Program-made: the position numbers and the translations under genes
Part shown: positions 46,595 through 57,454 of the stretch, one piece after another
Layout of the letters: every line of letters starts with the position of its first letter
Numbering within the stretch: the first letter of the stretch is position 1
Source of the DNA: Acidobacteriota bacterium
Lineage (GTDB): Bacteria; Acidobacteriota; UBA890; WLXD01
Assembly (NCBI GenBank): GCA_963666055.2
Contig: CAXWPH010000015.1
Span: forward strand, 896,001 to 960,000
DNA: 64,000 nt
Direction of reading: 5' to 3'
The notes under the pieces: model-generated
What the model saw: only the letters and a program-made list of their open reading frames with translations
What the model was told of the DNA's origin: nothing
Database searches by the model: none

Positions 46595-48646
46595 TCACGC
46601 GTCGGGTTTGTCACCCTGACCAGTAGTCGGTGCCGCGAGTGGATTAATGTCGACCACTCGCAGGCCGTGGCCGCGGGTAGCGACGAGAGCATACCCCGGC
46701 GCTTGCGCGCTGAGTCGCAGCGCCCAAGCTCGATCGAGGCCGGGGTCCTCGTCGAGGACGAGCCAGTGCTGGCCCTCACCGTGGCCACGGTACAGGGCAC
46801 CGCGGTAGTCGAGCGCCAGTACCTGATCTGGATTAGCGGGGTCAACCTCCACCGCACGCAGCCCCGCGGCTGGCCAGGGAATGGGCAGCTGCGTCCAGGT
46901 CGCTCCACCGTCTTGCGTCCGGTAGATGGCGCTGGCAGTCACCGCGTAGGCGATGTTCCGGTCCTCGGGGTGGAGGGCGAGGTCCTCGACGCCTCCCGGC
47001 AATCCCTTGAGCTTGACCGTCTGGGGCCGCTTTCCGGTGATCAGCTCCCGGAGGTCGCCGCGCACCGCCCAGCCGTCGCCCACGGCGAGAGTGAATGTAT
47101 TGCCAATCGTCAGTGCCTCAACGGCGGCGCCGCTCCATATTGCCCGCCACACGGGGCCGGCTTCGCTGTCGAAAGGCTGCGCGGCACCCTGCTTGTCGTC
47201 GAGAGAGGCGGCGGCCGCCACGTACAGCCCGCGGCTGGTGGCGGCAAGGATATGTCCATCCACGGCGTGGGCGATCTCGAGGGCCGTGAGATCCCCGGGA
47301 GGGGAGGGAACGGGCACCCAGCGGCCGCCCGGGAACGCACTCCACCAACCCGTCTCGCCGACAACCAACGCACGGTTGACGGGCTCGACCTGCGCCCGCA
47401 GGAATCGGATCGAGCCGATCGAGGGGGTTACCCCAAGCGGACGCCACGTCTGACCGATATCGGTCGAAACATGAACGGACTCGCGTAGGGGTCCGTCGCT
47501 GCGTGCCGCGAACAGGACGCGCGGCGCGCCTGGCAACACATCGAATGCCACGACACGAGCGCTGTGAAGGCCGCGGTTGCGCTCGTCAAAGCCGTCGCTG
47601 GGAGTGCCCGCCAGAACCCCACGCTCCTCGGTTGCCACGAAGAGCCGTTCGCCCCCTGGGCCGAGGGCGAGGGCGCTCACCGAGACAGCTCCGAGGAGAA
47701 TCGACCAGTTGACACCGCTGTCGGTGGATTGATACAGGGCCCCGCGAGTGCCCGCGTAGATCACTTCGGGGTTGCGAGGGTCATGGACGATCGTGTGTAT
47801 GCGATTGTGCGCGGGCGACACTCCGGTGCGGCGCTCAGCCCAGGTGTCACCTGCGTCGTTAGAGCAGTACAGGAAGTTGCAGGTGCCCGCCAGCACGGTA
47901 TCGGGATCGTTAGGGTCGATAGCGAGCGAGAAGATGTCACGATCGATGGCCATCCCCTGATAGACGCGGCGCCAGGTCGCCCCGCCATCACGGCTCCGAT
48001 AGACCTGCCGCCAGGTGCCAGCGTAGACGTGATCGGGATCGCGTGGGTCGACCGCCAGCGACTCTACGAACTCGGCCACTAGGCCCTGGCCATTGACGTT
48101 TGTCCATGAGTCACCGCCGTCGTCGCTGCGCCAGACACCGCCGATCCCGCCCACGTACATGGTGCGCACGCGCGAAGGGGCGACGGCAATGGACCGCAGC
48201 GACGGATCGCCCGGCAGCGACACGAGCTCCCAGGTTGTGCCACCGTCACTCGTGCGGGCCAGGCCGCCACTGCCCTGCGGCGTCCAGTAGGCCGCGAACA
48301 CGATGTCGGCGTCGCCGGGGTGAACCAGCAGGTTGTCGACCACAGCATCGTGTCCGAGAGCGACCGGTAGCTCCTGCCAGGATTCGGCGCTGTTGAGCGA
48401 CGCGTATACGTGGCCCGTCGCGGTCCCCAAGTACAGGCGAGTCGGCTCGCTTGGCGCCACTACGAGCGATCGAACCTCCCCCCCTGGGGGTCCGAGGCTG
48501 CGCCCGACGCGCGTCGCGAGGTGTGCTGTGATGCGTTCCGGCGTGTATTCCTGGGTGCCGGTCGCCGACCACGAAAGCCCGGCTGGGGCGATGACGAGCG
48601 TCGCCCCAGCCGCAAGAATCAGCGCCCGGGCTTTCCGAGCCGCCAT
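46595..48646 (-). CDS. Secreted BNR/Asp-box (VPS10/Ycf48-like) beta-propeller protein
   Basis: Many SxDGGxTW Asp boxes, with a signal peptide from ATG 48646. Confidence 0.85.
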   Translation of the reverse strand: MAARKARALILAAGATLVIAPAGLSWSATGTQEYTPERITAHLATRVGRSLGPPGGEVRSLVVAPSEPTRLYLGTATGHVYASLNSAESWQELPVALGHDAVVDNLLVHPGDADIVFAAYWTPQGSGGLARTSDGGTTWELVSLPGDPSLRSIAVAPSRVRTMYVGGIGGVWRSDDGGDSWTNVNGQGLVAEFVESLAVDPRDPDHVYAGTWRQVYRSRDGGATWRRVYQGMAIDRDIFSLAIDPNDPDTVLAGTCNFLYCSNDAGDTWAERRTGVSPAHNRIHTIVHDPRNPEVIYAGTRGALYQSTDSGVNWSILLGAVSVSALALGPGGERLFVATEERGVLAGTPSDGFDERNRGLHSARVVAFDVLPGAPRVLFAARSDGPLRESVHVSTDIGQTWRPLGVTPSIGSIRFLRAQVEPVNRALVVGETGWWSAFPGGRWVPVPSPPGDLTALEIAHAVDGHILAATSRGLYVAAAASLDDKQGAAQPFDSEAGPVWRAIWSGAAVEALTIGNTFTLAVGDGWAVRGDLRELITGKRPQTVKLKGLPGGVEDLALHPEDRNIAYAVTASAIYRTQDGGATWTQLPIPWPAAGLRAVEVDPANPDQVLALDYRGALYRGHGEGQHWLVLDEDPGLDRAWALRLSAQAPGYALVATRGHGLRVVDINPLAAPTTGQGDKPDA

Positions 48647-48647
48647 G

Positions 48648-50453
48648 CTAGCGCGGCGGGATCGTAACGATGATGTGAATTCGCCGGTTGCGCGCCCGCC
48701 CGGCAGGGGTGCCGCCGTCGGCAATCTGTTCGCTGCTACCACGCGAGCTCGTGTGGATTCGCGACGCGCCGATGCTATGACGGTCTACGAGGTCCGCCCG
48801 AGCGTTGTCGGCGCGCTGCTGCGAAAGCTCGTCATTGGCGGTAGCCGCTCCTGCCAAGTCGCTGTACCCGGTGATTGCGACCGTGGCGCTCGGGTTCTGC
48901 CGCAGCAACAAGGCCACGTCGTCGAGCACCGCCTTGCACCTGTTGTCGATCCGGGCGCTCCCCGAGCTGAAGTCGTAGCAATCGAACGGCCGTTCCTCCG
49001 GGGTGAGGTCCGGCATTTCCGGTATCTCGACGGTAACGCGAACCGTGCAGTCCGCCGTGCCGCCGCGGCCGTCGCTGGCCCGGCCGGTGATGTTCCCCGA
49101 ACCGGCCGGCACGCCGCTGCTGTTCCAGGTAACCACGTCGCCGGTCGTGGCACTCAGGCTTCCCGCCGCGGCATTCCAGTTGACCGTCACGGGGTCGCCG
49201 TTGGGGTCGCTGGTCACCGCCCGCACACGCACGCTCTCACCCTGCCGAACCGTCGACCGCTCGACCTCGCAGGTGAGCGTCGGCGCTCGGTTCCTAGCCT
49301 CCTCCTCGGCCAAGCGCCGTGCCTCCTCCTCGGCCAAGCGCCTTGCCTCCTCTTCGGCCAAGCGCCTTGCCTCGGCCTCCGATGCCGACCTGCCTTCGCC
49401 ATTGGTGTAGGCGAGGCCGAACAGCATTCCCCAGCGCCTGAGCGCGCCGTCGATTGCGCCCGGGTCGGTCTGCCAGGCGATGTCTCGGACGTTGATCTGA
49501 CTCTGGTAGTTAGCGGCGGCGTTGATCGATAGGCCACTGTCTAGCGCGGCACGCAGGCCGAGTCGGTAGACCGACTGATCGGCGTAACCCATGAAGTCGT
49601 TCTCGGTCGAGCTCTGGGTGGCCGCGACCCCGGTCCACTCGGCGATCGCCTGTAGTTGGCCGTCGGTCGGGAACTGCAATCCGACGCCATACAGCACCTC
49701 GGGGCTGACCTCGAAATTGAACAGGGTTGGAAACACGGTCTCCGGGGCGACGAGCGGCGCTCCGGTGATGTTGCGCCCGACGACGCCGGAGATCTTGTCG
49801 GCGGGATCCGGCGTGTCGTGCCACAGGTAACCGCCGTAGGCGTTGACACCGAGACGACCCAGTGCGGCGCTGCCGATGAGCTTGCCGCCAACGCTGAAAG
49901 CGCCGGTGCCGATGCCGGCGTTGGCCGCGGAGGTCGGTAGCTTGACCATTCCCTGAAGGGCGACGCCGCCGTACTCACGGAGATCGCCTGCAACCTTCAC
50001 CTTGATGCCCATCCAGATGTCGCCGAACCCGTCCTGGTCACGCTGCGCTGCGAACGGGTGGTTGTTGAGGCCCGAGCAGCAGAGGGGTGGCAGGAAGAAA
50101 AGCCCGCTGCCCGCGGGTACGAGATGCATGTCGAACAGCGTGGCCTCCGAGGTGAACCGTCGGTCGACCTCGATGCGCGGGGTTGCGCCGAAGAACACCT
50201 CGACGCGGTTGGTGAGGCCATAGGCGCCGGAGAAACCGTAGGAGGTGATAACGGAGTCGCCGTCCTCGCGGGCGATCCGATCAAAGAAAACCCCGAGCGA
50301 CCACTTTCCGGACTCCAGAACGCTGGCGCGCGCCACAGTAAACAGACCGGTGGTGCCTTCCTGGGTCGGGTCGTTCTTCGTCTGCGCAAAGGCTGCCGTA
50401 CCTGTCATGGCCACGAGCGCCAGTGCACCCACCAGAACCAGTGTGCGACGCAT
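48648..50453 (-). CDS. OmpA-family outer membrane protein (N-terminal barrel, charged linker, Ig-like domain, OmpA_C)
   Basis: Signal peptide, GYSD..NDELSQQRA and RARNRR. Confidence 0.88.
   Translation of the reverse strand: MRRTLVLVGALALVAMTGTAAFAQTKNDPTQEGTTGLFTVARASVLESGKWSLGVFFDRIAREDGDSVITSYGFSGAYGLTNRVEVFFGATPRIEVDRRFTSEATLFDMHLVPAGSGLFFLPPLCCSGLNNHPFAAQRDQDGFGDIWMGIKVKVAGDLREYGGVALQGMVKLPTSAANAGIGTGAFSVGGKLIGSAALGRLGVNAYGGYLWHDTPDPADKISGVVGRNITGAPLVAPETVFPTLFNFEVSPEVLYGVGLQFPTDGQLQAIAEWTGVAATQSSTENDFMGYADQSVYRLGLRAALDSGLSINAAANYQSQINVRDIAWQTDPGAIDGALRRWGMLFGLAYTNGEGRSASEAEARRLAEEEARRLAEEEARRLAEEEARNRAPTLTCEVERSTVRQGESVRVRAVTSDPNGDPVTVNWNAAAGSLSATTGDVVTWNSSGVPAGSGNITGRASDGRGGTADCTVRVTVEIPEMPDLTPEERPFDCYDFSSGSARIDNRCKAVLDDVALLLRQNPSATVAITGYSDLAGAATANDELSQQRADNARADLVDRHSIGASRIHTSSRGSSEQIADGGTPAGRARNRRIHIIVTIPPR
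49297..49373. repeat. 24-bp in-frame tandem repeat x3 (RRLAEEEA)
   Basis: GCCTCCTCCTCGGCCAAGCGCC(G/T)T units at 49297, 49321 and 49345. Confidence 0.9.
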
Positions 50454-50920
50454 TACATCTACTCCTCCGGGGTGGGCACCGCGGAACGATTTCTCTCGAC
50501 CGGATGCGCGGCCCCGAATCACAGCGCGCTACATCCTGTCATTTGGGGGATTTCGAACACCCATTGTACACGTCTAGGACAAGTCGTTGTGCGTCCAGGG
50601 AGCACGTATAAGGCAGAGTTTCACAGTTCACGGCAACTGCGGACGTGGCTGGACAGGACCGGACAGGAGAGACGCGCCGGATGCATGCCAACCGTGCTCG
50701 TCTTGGTCGGGACCGATCTGTCAACTCGGGTGTTCCGGGTGAAACGCAGAGTGCCCCGCTCCGACCACTGCCGGCTGCAGTCCCTCCGCCGATTCGGTGT
50801 GCGGGCTGACCTACCGCGGGCCTCAGGAACGGGTAATCTTCGGTGATACGCGCGCTTACCGCCGCTCCGCTTGTGCCGCTCGACGGAGCGAGAATCGCAG
50901 ATATCCGGAGGGCCCCACGA

Positions 50921-52555
50921 ATGTTCGCCTCATCCGTTCGCCGCAGGTTGGCTTGCGGCCTACTCGTGTTCGCCTTGGCCGCACCTGCCCTTGTGAATGC
51001 AGCGCCGCAGCAGGAGGCCGAGCTCGAGATCAGCCTTCCCGAGGCTGTGCGGCTGGCATTCGAACACAACCTCGACATCCGCATTGTCGGCTACGACCGC
51101 TCCTTGGCCGACGAGCGGGTGACGACTGCCAAGGGCCAGTTCGAGCCGTCGCTATTCTTCGGTATCCCCGGTGCTATCGGCGTTACCCCCTTCCCCACTG
51201 GCGGTGCTTTCGGCGGCAGTGCCGGATTTGGCGGGCTCGGCTACTCCAATCAGCGGTTCCCGGTATCGACACTGCTGGCAGGTGCCGACGTGACCACGCA
51301 GAAGTCGTTTGCGTCGCTGCTCGACTTCCAGCAGCAGCTCGGCTTCGGGTTGCGCTTCGACATTAGCTACGTCGCTTCGAGGACCGACTCGAACAGCATT
51401 TTCAACAGCCTGAATCCGGCCTGGAACAACACCGTGGCGGTCAGCTTCGTACAGCCGTTGTTGAATGGCCGCGGACGTGCGGCCACCGAAGCCCCATTGC
51501 TGTTGGCTCGCGCCAACACCGCTGTCAGTCGCGCCTCGTTCGTGGCACAGGTCGAGCAGGTGCTGTTGCAGGTAGAGCGCGCCTACTGGGAGTTGGTGTT
51601 CGCCGAGCGCGATCTCGAGGTGAAGCAGTCTTCTCGACAACTGGCATTGGAACAGCTCGAGCGCACGCGGGCGCAGGTCGAGGTGGGCTTGATCGCGCCG
51701 GTCGAGGCGACTCAGGCTGAGGTGCAGGTTGCGGGCCGGGAGACCGACCTCATCGTGGCGCGCAACACGCTCGACAACAGCCGCGATGCGCTACGTGCGC
51801 TACTACGAGCCGATCGTCTACCGGCCGGCTGGGATACGCAGCTCATCGCCACCGAAGAGCCCACCGTGGTAGCCATCGAGATCGACGTCAACGCAGCGAT
51901 TCAGCAGGCCCGGGAACGCCGTGCTGAGCTTGCCGGGGCGCAGGCCACCATCAACGCGCGTCAGGTAGAAGTGAAGGCGACCCGCAACGCGCTGTTGCCG
52001 AAGTTCGATCTCATTGGACAGATTTCAGCCAACGGAATCGGCGGTGACCTCCTAGTCCGCGAGGGATTCTTCGGCGGCGAGGTGATCGAGACCATTCCCG
52101 GGGGCTACAGCGACGCGGTCAAAGAGCTGTTCGGGCTCGACTTCGCAAGCTGGAGCGCCGGGTTCAACATCACGATACCGCTGGGAAACAGCACCGCCGA
52201 GGGCAACTACGCGCAGGCGACGCTGAACGAAGACCGAGCGCGCACCGAGCGACTCCGTACCGAGCAGCAGGTTGTGCTGGAGGTGCGACAGGCCGTCCGA
52301 GGAGTGCGTGCCGCGTTCGAAGCGGTGGAGTCGACCGGCAAGACGCGCGAGCTTGCAGAGGAGCAGCTGCGCATAGAGACAGACCGGTTCGGCGTCGGAA
52401 TGTCGACGAACTTCGAGGTGTTGCAGTTCCAGGACCAGCTTGCCGTGTCACGCTCACAGGAGCTCCGTGCTCGCATCGAGCACGCACGGGCGACGGCGGA
52501 ACTGGCGCGCGCCACCGGCACGCTGCTCGACAAGTACGGCATCCGTATCCGGTAG
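50921..52555 (+). CDS. TolC-family outer membrane protein
   Basis: Signal peptide, ISLPEAVRLA, VERAYWEL and RFGVGMST. GGAGG before ATG 50921. Confidence 0.88.
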   Translation: MFASSVRRRLACGLLVFALAAPALVNAAPQQEAELEISLPEAVRLAFEHNLDIRIVGYDRSLADERVTTAKGQFEPSLFFGIPGAIGVTPFPTGGAFGGSAGFGGLGYSNQRFPVSTLLAGADVTTQKSFASLLDFQQQLGFGLRFDISYVASRTDSNSIFNSLNPAWNNTVAVSFVQPLLNGRGRAATEAPLLLARANTAVSRASFVAQVEQVLLQVERAYWELVFAERDLEVKQSSRQLALEQLERTRAQVEVGLIAPVEATQAEVQVAGRETDLIVARNTLDNSRDALRALLRADRLPAGWDTQLIATEEPTVVAIEIDVNAAIQQARERRAELAGAQATINARQVEVKATRNALLPKFDLIGQISANGIGGDLLVREGFFGGEVIETIPGGYSDAVKELFGLDFASWSAGFNITIPLGNSTAEGNYAQATLNEDRARTERLRTEQQVVLEVRQAVRGVRAAFEAVESTGKTRELAEEQLRIETDRFGVGMSTNFEVLQFQDQLAVSRSQELRARIEHARATAELARATGTLLDKYGIRIR

Positions 52556-52576
52556 ACTCGGCCGAAGCGGAGGCAC

Positions 52577-53470
52577 ATGACTTCGATGATCCGGGGTGCG
52601 CGGACTCACCGCGGCGGCCTCGATGCCGTGCGTCGCTCCCGCACCTGGGCGGCGTTCATTAAGGTCGAGCACACGCTGTTCTCGCTGCCGATGCTGGTCG
52701 CAGGCGCCCTGCTGGCGAGCGGTGGTCAGCCGGCGTGGCGACCGCTGGGTTGGGCGGTGGTCGCTGGCATTGGCGCGCGCACCTTGGCGATGTCGCTCAA
52801 TCGGCTGATCGACCGTCGCCTCGATGCCGCCAACCCGCGTACACGGGGCCGCGAGTTGCCGAGCGGTAACATGAGCGTCGCAGAAGGCTGGGTGATCGCC
52901 GGCGTCGGCCTGGCAATCTATCTGGTCGCGTGCGCCCGCTTGCCGCCCTTGTGCCTGTGGCTTTCGCCGGTACCGGTGGTGGTGTTCGTGGGCTACCCGT
53001 ACTTGAAACGCGTCACGCCCCTGGCGCACTTCGGGGTCGGCCTGGCACTGGCGCTCGCCCCCCTGGGTGGCCATGTAGCGGTCGCCGGCACTTTGCAGGC
53101 GGCTGCGCCCGCCCTGCTCCTGGCGCTGTTCACCCTGCTCTGGGTTGCGGGGTTCGACATCATTTACGCCACCCTCGACGAGGTCTTCGATCGTGGCGCT
53201 GGGCTCCATAGCCTTCCCAGTCGCTTCGGCAGCGTGGCGGCGCTACGGTTTTCGGCAGCGACGCATACGGTTGCGGTCGGAGCACTGGGGGTGCTGTACT
53301 TCGGCTATCTCGGCGGCGTTGCGTCGGCGGCGTTGCTGGCCGCCGTAGCGATCTTGTTGGCGGCGGAGCAGCGGTTGGCCGACCGCGTGAGCCTGGCGTT
53401 CTTCCAGATCAATATTGTTGTCGGGTTCGTCGTCCTGGCGTTCGTAATCGTCGGACTCGCAGGAAGCTGA
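52577..53470 (+). CDS. ubiA: UbiA-like prenyltransferase (MqnP type)
   Basis: IKVEHTLFSLP, NRLIDRRLDAANPRT..RELP and GFDIIYA. Confidence 0.9.
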   Translation: MTSMIRGARTHRGGLDAVRRSRTWAAFIKVEHTLFSLPMLVAGALLASGGQPAWRPLGWAVVAGIGARTLAMSLNRLIDRRLDAANPRTRGRELPSGNMSVAEGWVIAGVGLAIYLVACARLPPLCLWLSPVPVVVFVGYPYLKRVTPLAHFGVGLALALAPLGGHVAVAGTLQAAAPALLLALFTLLWVAGFDIIYATLDEVFDRGAGLHSLPSRFGSVAALRFSAATHTVAVGALGVLYFGYLGGVASAALLAAVAILLAAEQRLADRVSLAFFQINIVVGFVVLAFVIVGLAGS

Positions 53471-53558
53471 AGAACTCTGGTGAGTCTGATTGCATCTTAC
53501 TTCCCGGACGGGACGCTAAGCACTTGATACGAGACCTCCTAGGCAGCGGCGAGTCAGG

Positions 53559-54140
53559 TTGGTGAGCGCTCGACGGCGGCGCATTCTCGTAGGCATGACC
53601 GGTGCGTCCGGAGCGCCCTACGCGGTGGCCCTGCTGAGACGTGACCTCGGCGAGGCGTACCTGGTGCTCAGTAACTGGGGCCGCATGGTGTTGAAAGAGG
53701 AAACCGGTCTGACCGAGGAGGACCTGCGTCCGCTGGTACGGCGGATCTTCTCGGACAAGGATCTCGCCAACGCCTTCGCGTCGGGCTCCAACGCATTCGA
53801 CGCCATGGTGGTCATTCCGTGCTCCCTGAGCACCCTGGCGAAGATCGCCAACGGCTTGGCCGACTCGCTGATCACCCGCGCCGCGATGGTGGCGCTGAAG
53901 GAACGCCGCAGGCTGGTGCTGGTGGTCAGGGAGACCCCGTGGCCGACGAACGCGCTGGAGAATGCCGCACGGCTGTCACGTGATGGCGTGATCATCGTGC
54001 CAGCGTCGCCGCCCTTCTACCATCAACCCGCTGATCTCGAGGAGCTCATCGAGCACTTCGTGGACAAGGTCGCGGCCACCCTGGGGGCCGAGACGCCCCG
54101 CGCCTGGCGGTCGGAGCAACTCGAGCCGGAGCCGGAGTAG
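53559..54140 (+). CDS. ubiX: UbiX flavin prenyltransferase
   Basis: GMTGASG, ASGS, LKERR, RETP and PPFY. Confidence 0.92.
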   Translation: MVSARRRRILVGMTGASGAPYAVALLRRDLGEAYLVLSNWGRMVLKEETGLTEEDLRPLVRRIFSDKDLANAFASGSNAFDAMVVIPCSLSTLAKIANGLADSLITRAAMVALKERRRLVLVVRETPWPTNALENAARLSRDGVIIVPASPPFYHQPADLEELIEHFVDKVAATLGAETPRAWRSEQLEPEPE

Positions 54141-56023
54141 TGAGCTTCACGGACCTACGCGGTTTCCTCGACACACTCGAGCGGGCCGGTGAGCTGCGGC
54201 GCGTTCAGGCGAGCGTTGACGCACGTCTCGAGATTACCGCCATCGCCGACCGGGTAGTCAAGGAAGGTGGCCCCGCGTTGTTGTTCGAGAACGTCAAGGG
54301 CGCCAAGCACCCGTTGCTGATCAATTCGCTGGGGACAGAGCGGCGCATCCAGCTCGCTCTCGGGCGGCCGGCCGATGAGATCGGCGCGATGCTGTTGGCT
54401 ACCGCCGAGGGACTCAACCCGCCGTCGCTGAATGCCGTCTGGCAGCTGCGCTCCAACTTGATGCAGTTGCTGCCAATGCGGACGCGGCGCGTCCGCCGAG
54501 GGCCGTGCCAGGAGGTGGTCGAGGCGCCCGACCTGGACCAGTTTCCAGTGCAGACCTGTTGGCCGGACGACGGCGGCCCCTTCATCACATTCGGCTTGGT
54601 GATCACCCGCGACCCGCTGACCGGCGAGCGCAACATGGGCATCTATCGTCTCCAAGTTCACGATAGCGACCTCACCGGAATGCACTGGCAAATCACCAAG
54701 GGCGGCGGGTTCCACTACGCGCGTGCCGAAGAGTTGGGCCAGTCGCTTCCGGTAGCAGTGGTGATCGGGGCGGACCCGGCGCTGCTGCTGTCGGCGGTCG
54801 CCGCCTTGCCGGAGGGCATGGATGAGATCGCCTTCTCCGGCATCCTGCGAGGTGCACCGTGCCCGATGGTGCGGTGCTCGAGCATCGACCTGGAGGTGCC
54901 GGCCAACGCCGAGATCGTGCTCGAGGGCGAGGTGGTCCCGGGCGAACGGCGGCTCGAAGGCCCGTTCGGCGATCACTTCGGCCACTACTCGCACGCGGCG
55001 CCGTTTCCGGTGTTCAAGGTGCGGCGCGTCACCCGCCGCCGCCGGCCCATTTACCTGTCGGCGGTCGTTGGGTTGCCGCCCCAGGAGGACAAGTTCATCG
55101 GCAACGCCACCCAGGACATCCTCGGGCCGCTCATCAAGCTCATCCACCATGAGATCGTCGATCTGTGGGCCTACTTCGAAGCCGGCTTCCACAACCTGCT
55201 GGTGGTCTCGGTGCGTCAGCGCTTTTACAAGGAGGCGGTGAAAACCGCCCTCGCACTGATGGGTACGGGACAACTGGCGCTGACCAAATGCCTTGTGCTT
55301 GTCGACGAGGGGGTGCCGGTACGCGATTTCAGCGCCGTCCTGCGTGCCGTGCGGGCCAACTTCGAGCCCGAGAGAGACTTCCTGCTCCTGCCCGGCGTGC
55401 CGCTCGATACGCTCGACTTCACCAGTTACCGAATGAACCTTGGTAGCAAGATGATTGTCGATGCCACCAGCGGCCCCACGGAAGCGCTGCACGGCGCACC
55501 TGGAGCCGATCATGAGGCCGTCCGGGTGGCGTTGGGCTCCGCCGCCGATGCGCCAGAAATGAGCGCCGCGCTACGCCACCCGACGCGATACTCCGGCGGC
55601 TCCGCCGAGCCGGCGTCGGGTCGCGGCGATCGTATCGCCGATCCGCGTGCCATTGACAGGCGCGTAACGGCGTACCGGGTGCTGGAGGATTCGCTCATGC
55701 TGGTACAGGTAAGCGCCGAGGGTCGCGCCGTCGTCGAGCGGCTCGTCGATGTCGATCTGGGCCCGGTTCGGATTGTTGCCGCGCTCAGCGACGACGTCGA
55801 CCTGGACGATCCCGACCAGCGGCTCTGGGGACTGTTTACCCGCTTCGATTGCGCCCGCGATGTTGTCTTTGAGCGCACCGAATGTCGCGGCCCATGGACT
55901 ACCTGCTACGGGACGATGGGCATCGACGCGACCTTCAAACCAGGCTACCCGGATCGGCTCGTGATGCCGGACGAGTTGCTCGACCAGGTGAGCCGCAGAT
56001 GGGCAGAATACGGGCTAGACTAG
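54140..56023 (+). CDS. ubiD: UbiD-family menaquinone-biosynthesis decarboxylase (MqnL type)
   Basis: GGPALLFE, NMGIYR, EGPFGDH and PPQED. Confidence 0.92.
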   Translation: MSFTDLRGFLDTLERAGELRRVQASVDARLEITAIADRVVKEGGPALLFENVKGAKHPLLINSLGTERRIQLALGRPADEIGAMLLATAEGLNPPSLNAVWQLRSNLMQLLPMRTRRVRRGPCQEVVEAPDLDQFPVQTCWPDDGGPFITFGLVITRDPLTGERNMGIYRLQVHDSDLTGMHWQITKGGGFHYARAEELGQSLPVAVVIGADPALLLSAVAALPEGMDEIAFSGILRGAPCPMVRCSSIDLEVPANAEIVLEGEVVPGERRLEGPFGDHFGHYSHAAPFPVFKVRRVTRRRRPIYLSAVVGLPPQEDKFIGNATQDILGPLIKLIHHEIVDLWAYFEAGFHNLLVVSVRQRFYKEAVKTALALMGTGQLALTKCLVLVDEGVPVRDFSAVLRAVRANFEPERDFLLLPGVPLDTLDFTSYRMNLGSKMIVDATSGPTEALHGAPGADHEAVRVALGSAADAPEMSAALRHPTRYSGGSAEPASGRGDRIADPRAIDRRVTAYRVLEDSLMLVQVSAEGRAVVERLVDVDLGPVRIVAALSDDVDLDDPDQRLWGLFTRFDCARDVVFERTECRGPWTTCYGTMGIDATFKPGYPDRLVMPDELLDQVSRRWAEYGLD

Positions 56024-56092
56024 CAGGCTGCCCTGCATCTGAGCCCAGCTCGCCGTAACCAGGCCCCTCACACTTCCATCACGGCCTGCTAG
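56020..56092 (-). repeat. 73-bp short copy of the CTAG-MITE family
   Basis: CTAGCAGGC...GCCTGCTAG ends. The reverse complement aligns with 579-648. Confidence 0.8.
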
Positions 56093-56116
56093 GCTCCTTC
56101 GGAGCCGACCGCAACG

Positions 56117-57454
56117 ATGAGACGATCGACCGACCGACGCCTTCAACGCGTCGTTGAGAAAGCCGTCGCAGGTGAGCGTCTCGACTTCGACGACGGAATG
56201 GCGATGCTGTCGACCGGCGATGTCGTGGGTCTCGGGCGCATTGCCAACGCCGAAAAGGAGCGTCGCACCGGTGCGTTTGTGGGCTTCGTGCTCAACCGAC
56301 AGATAAACCCTACGAACGTCTGTGTGCTGAGCTGCAAGTTCTGTGACTTCGCTGCCAAGAAGAACGATGATCACGCCTACGAGATGACGTTGGCGCAGAT
56401 TCGCGAGCGGGTCCAGGAGCCCATTCGCGAGGTGCATATCGTCGGTGGACTTCATCCGGATTGGCCGTTCGAGCGTTACCTCGAGGTGTTAGAGACCATC
56501 CGCGAAGCGAACCCCGGAGCCCAGATCAAAGCCTACACCGCTGTCGAGATCGACTTCTTTGCACGCCGCGAGAAGATCTCCGTCGATGAGGTGTTCGACC
56601 GTCTTCAAAAAGCCGGCCTGGTAGCCATGCCCGGTGGTGGCGCCGAGGTGTTCTCGGAGCGCGTTCGTCGCGAGATGTACCGCGACAAGATTGGACACGA
56701 GCGCTGGCTGGAGATCCACGAGATCGCGCACGGTCGGGGGATTCGCACCAACGCCACGCTGCTCTACGGCCACATCGAGACGTATGAAGAGCGCGTCAAC
56801 CACATGCTGCTGCTGCGTGCGCTACAGGACCGTACCGGTGGGTTCTTGAGCTTCATACCCCTGGCCTTCCAGCTCGGATACTCCAACATCGCCGACCGTC
56901 CGGCGTCTGCCCTCGAGGACCTCAGAACGATCGCTGCCGCTCGGCTGCTGCTCGATAACTTCCCGCATATCAAGGCCTACTGGGTGATGCTCGGAGCGGA
57001 AACTGCGTCGATGGCGCTGCAATGGGGTGCTGATGACCTCGACGGTACAATCGGCGAAGAGCTCATTGCCCACGCAGCGCTGGCGAGCAGCCCTGCGGGT
57101 ATGACCACGCAGAAGCTCACCAAGATGATCCGTGAGGCCGGTCGGGTTCCGGTGCAACGCGATGCGATGTATCGGGTCGTCGCCGTTTATCCGCCACCGG
57201 ACCACACCGCCCACTGGTCGCAGCGCATGGAGATAGCCAACGGTGAACCGATCGCGCTCCGTGGCAAGGTTGCTGAGCCGGTGGCCGTTGACGTCGAGCG
57301 CTATGGGCTGCATACCTGGGACCTGGTCGGAGAGAGCGCCCGCCACGTACGGCGACTGGCCCAGACTCCGCCGACTGTCCAAGCCGCGCCGGAGGTACCT
57401 GCCGACGTATCGCTCGTTGGCGAGTCCGAGGTGAGCGTCGCGAGCTCTCCATGA
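56117..57454 (+). CDS. mqnE: Aminofutalosine synthase (radical SAM)
   Basis: CVLSCKFC, EVHIVGG.HP, KAYTAVE, MPGGGAE and HIKAYWVM. Confidence 0.92.
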   Translation: MRRSTDRRLQRVVEKAVAGERLDFDDGMAMLSTGDVVGLGRIANAEKERRTGAFVGFVLNRQINPTNVCVLSCKFCDFAAKKNDDHAYEMTLAQIRERVQEPIREVHIVGGLHPDWPFERYLEVLETIREANPGAQIKAYTAVEIDFFARREKISVDEVFDRLQKAGLVAMPGGGAEVFSERVRREMYRDKIGHERWLEIHEIAHGRGIRTNATLLYGHIETYEERVNHMLLLRALQDRTGGFLSFIPLAFQLGYSNIADRPASALEDLRTIAAARLLLDNFPHIKAYWVMLGAETASMALQWGADDLDGTIGEELIAHAALASSPAGMTTQKLTKMIREAGRVPVQRDAMYRVVAVYPPPDHTAHWSQRMEIANGEPIALRGKVAEPVAVDVERYGLHTWDLVGESARHVRRLAQTPPTVQAAPEVPADVSLVGESEVSVASSP

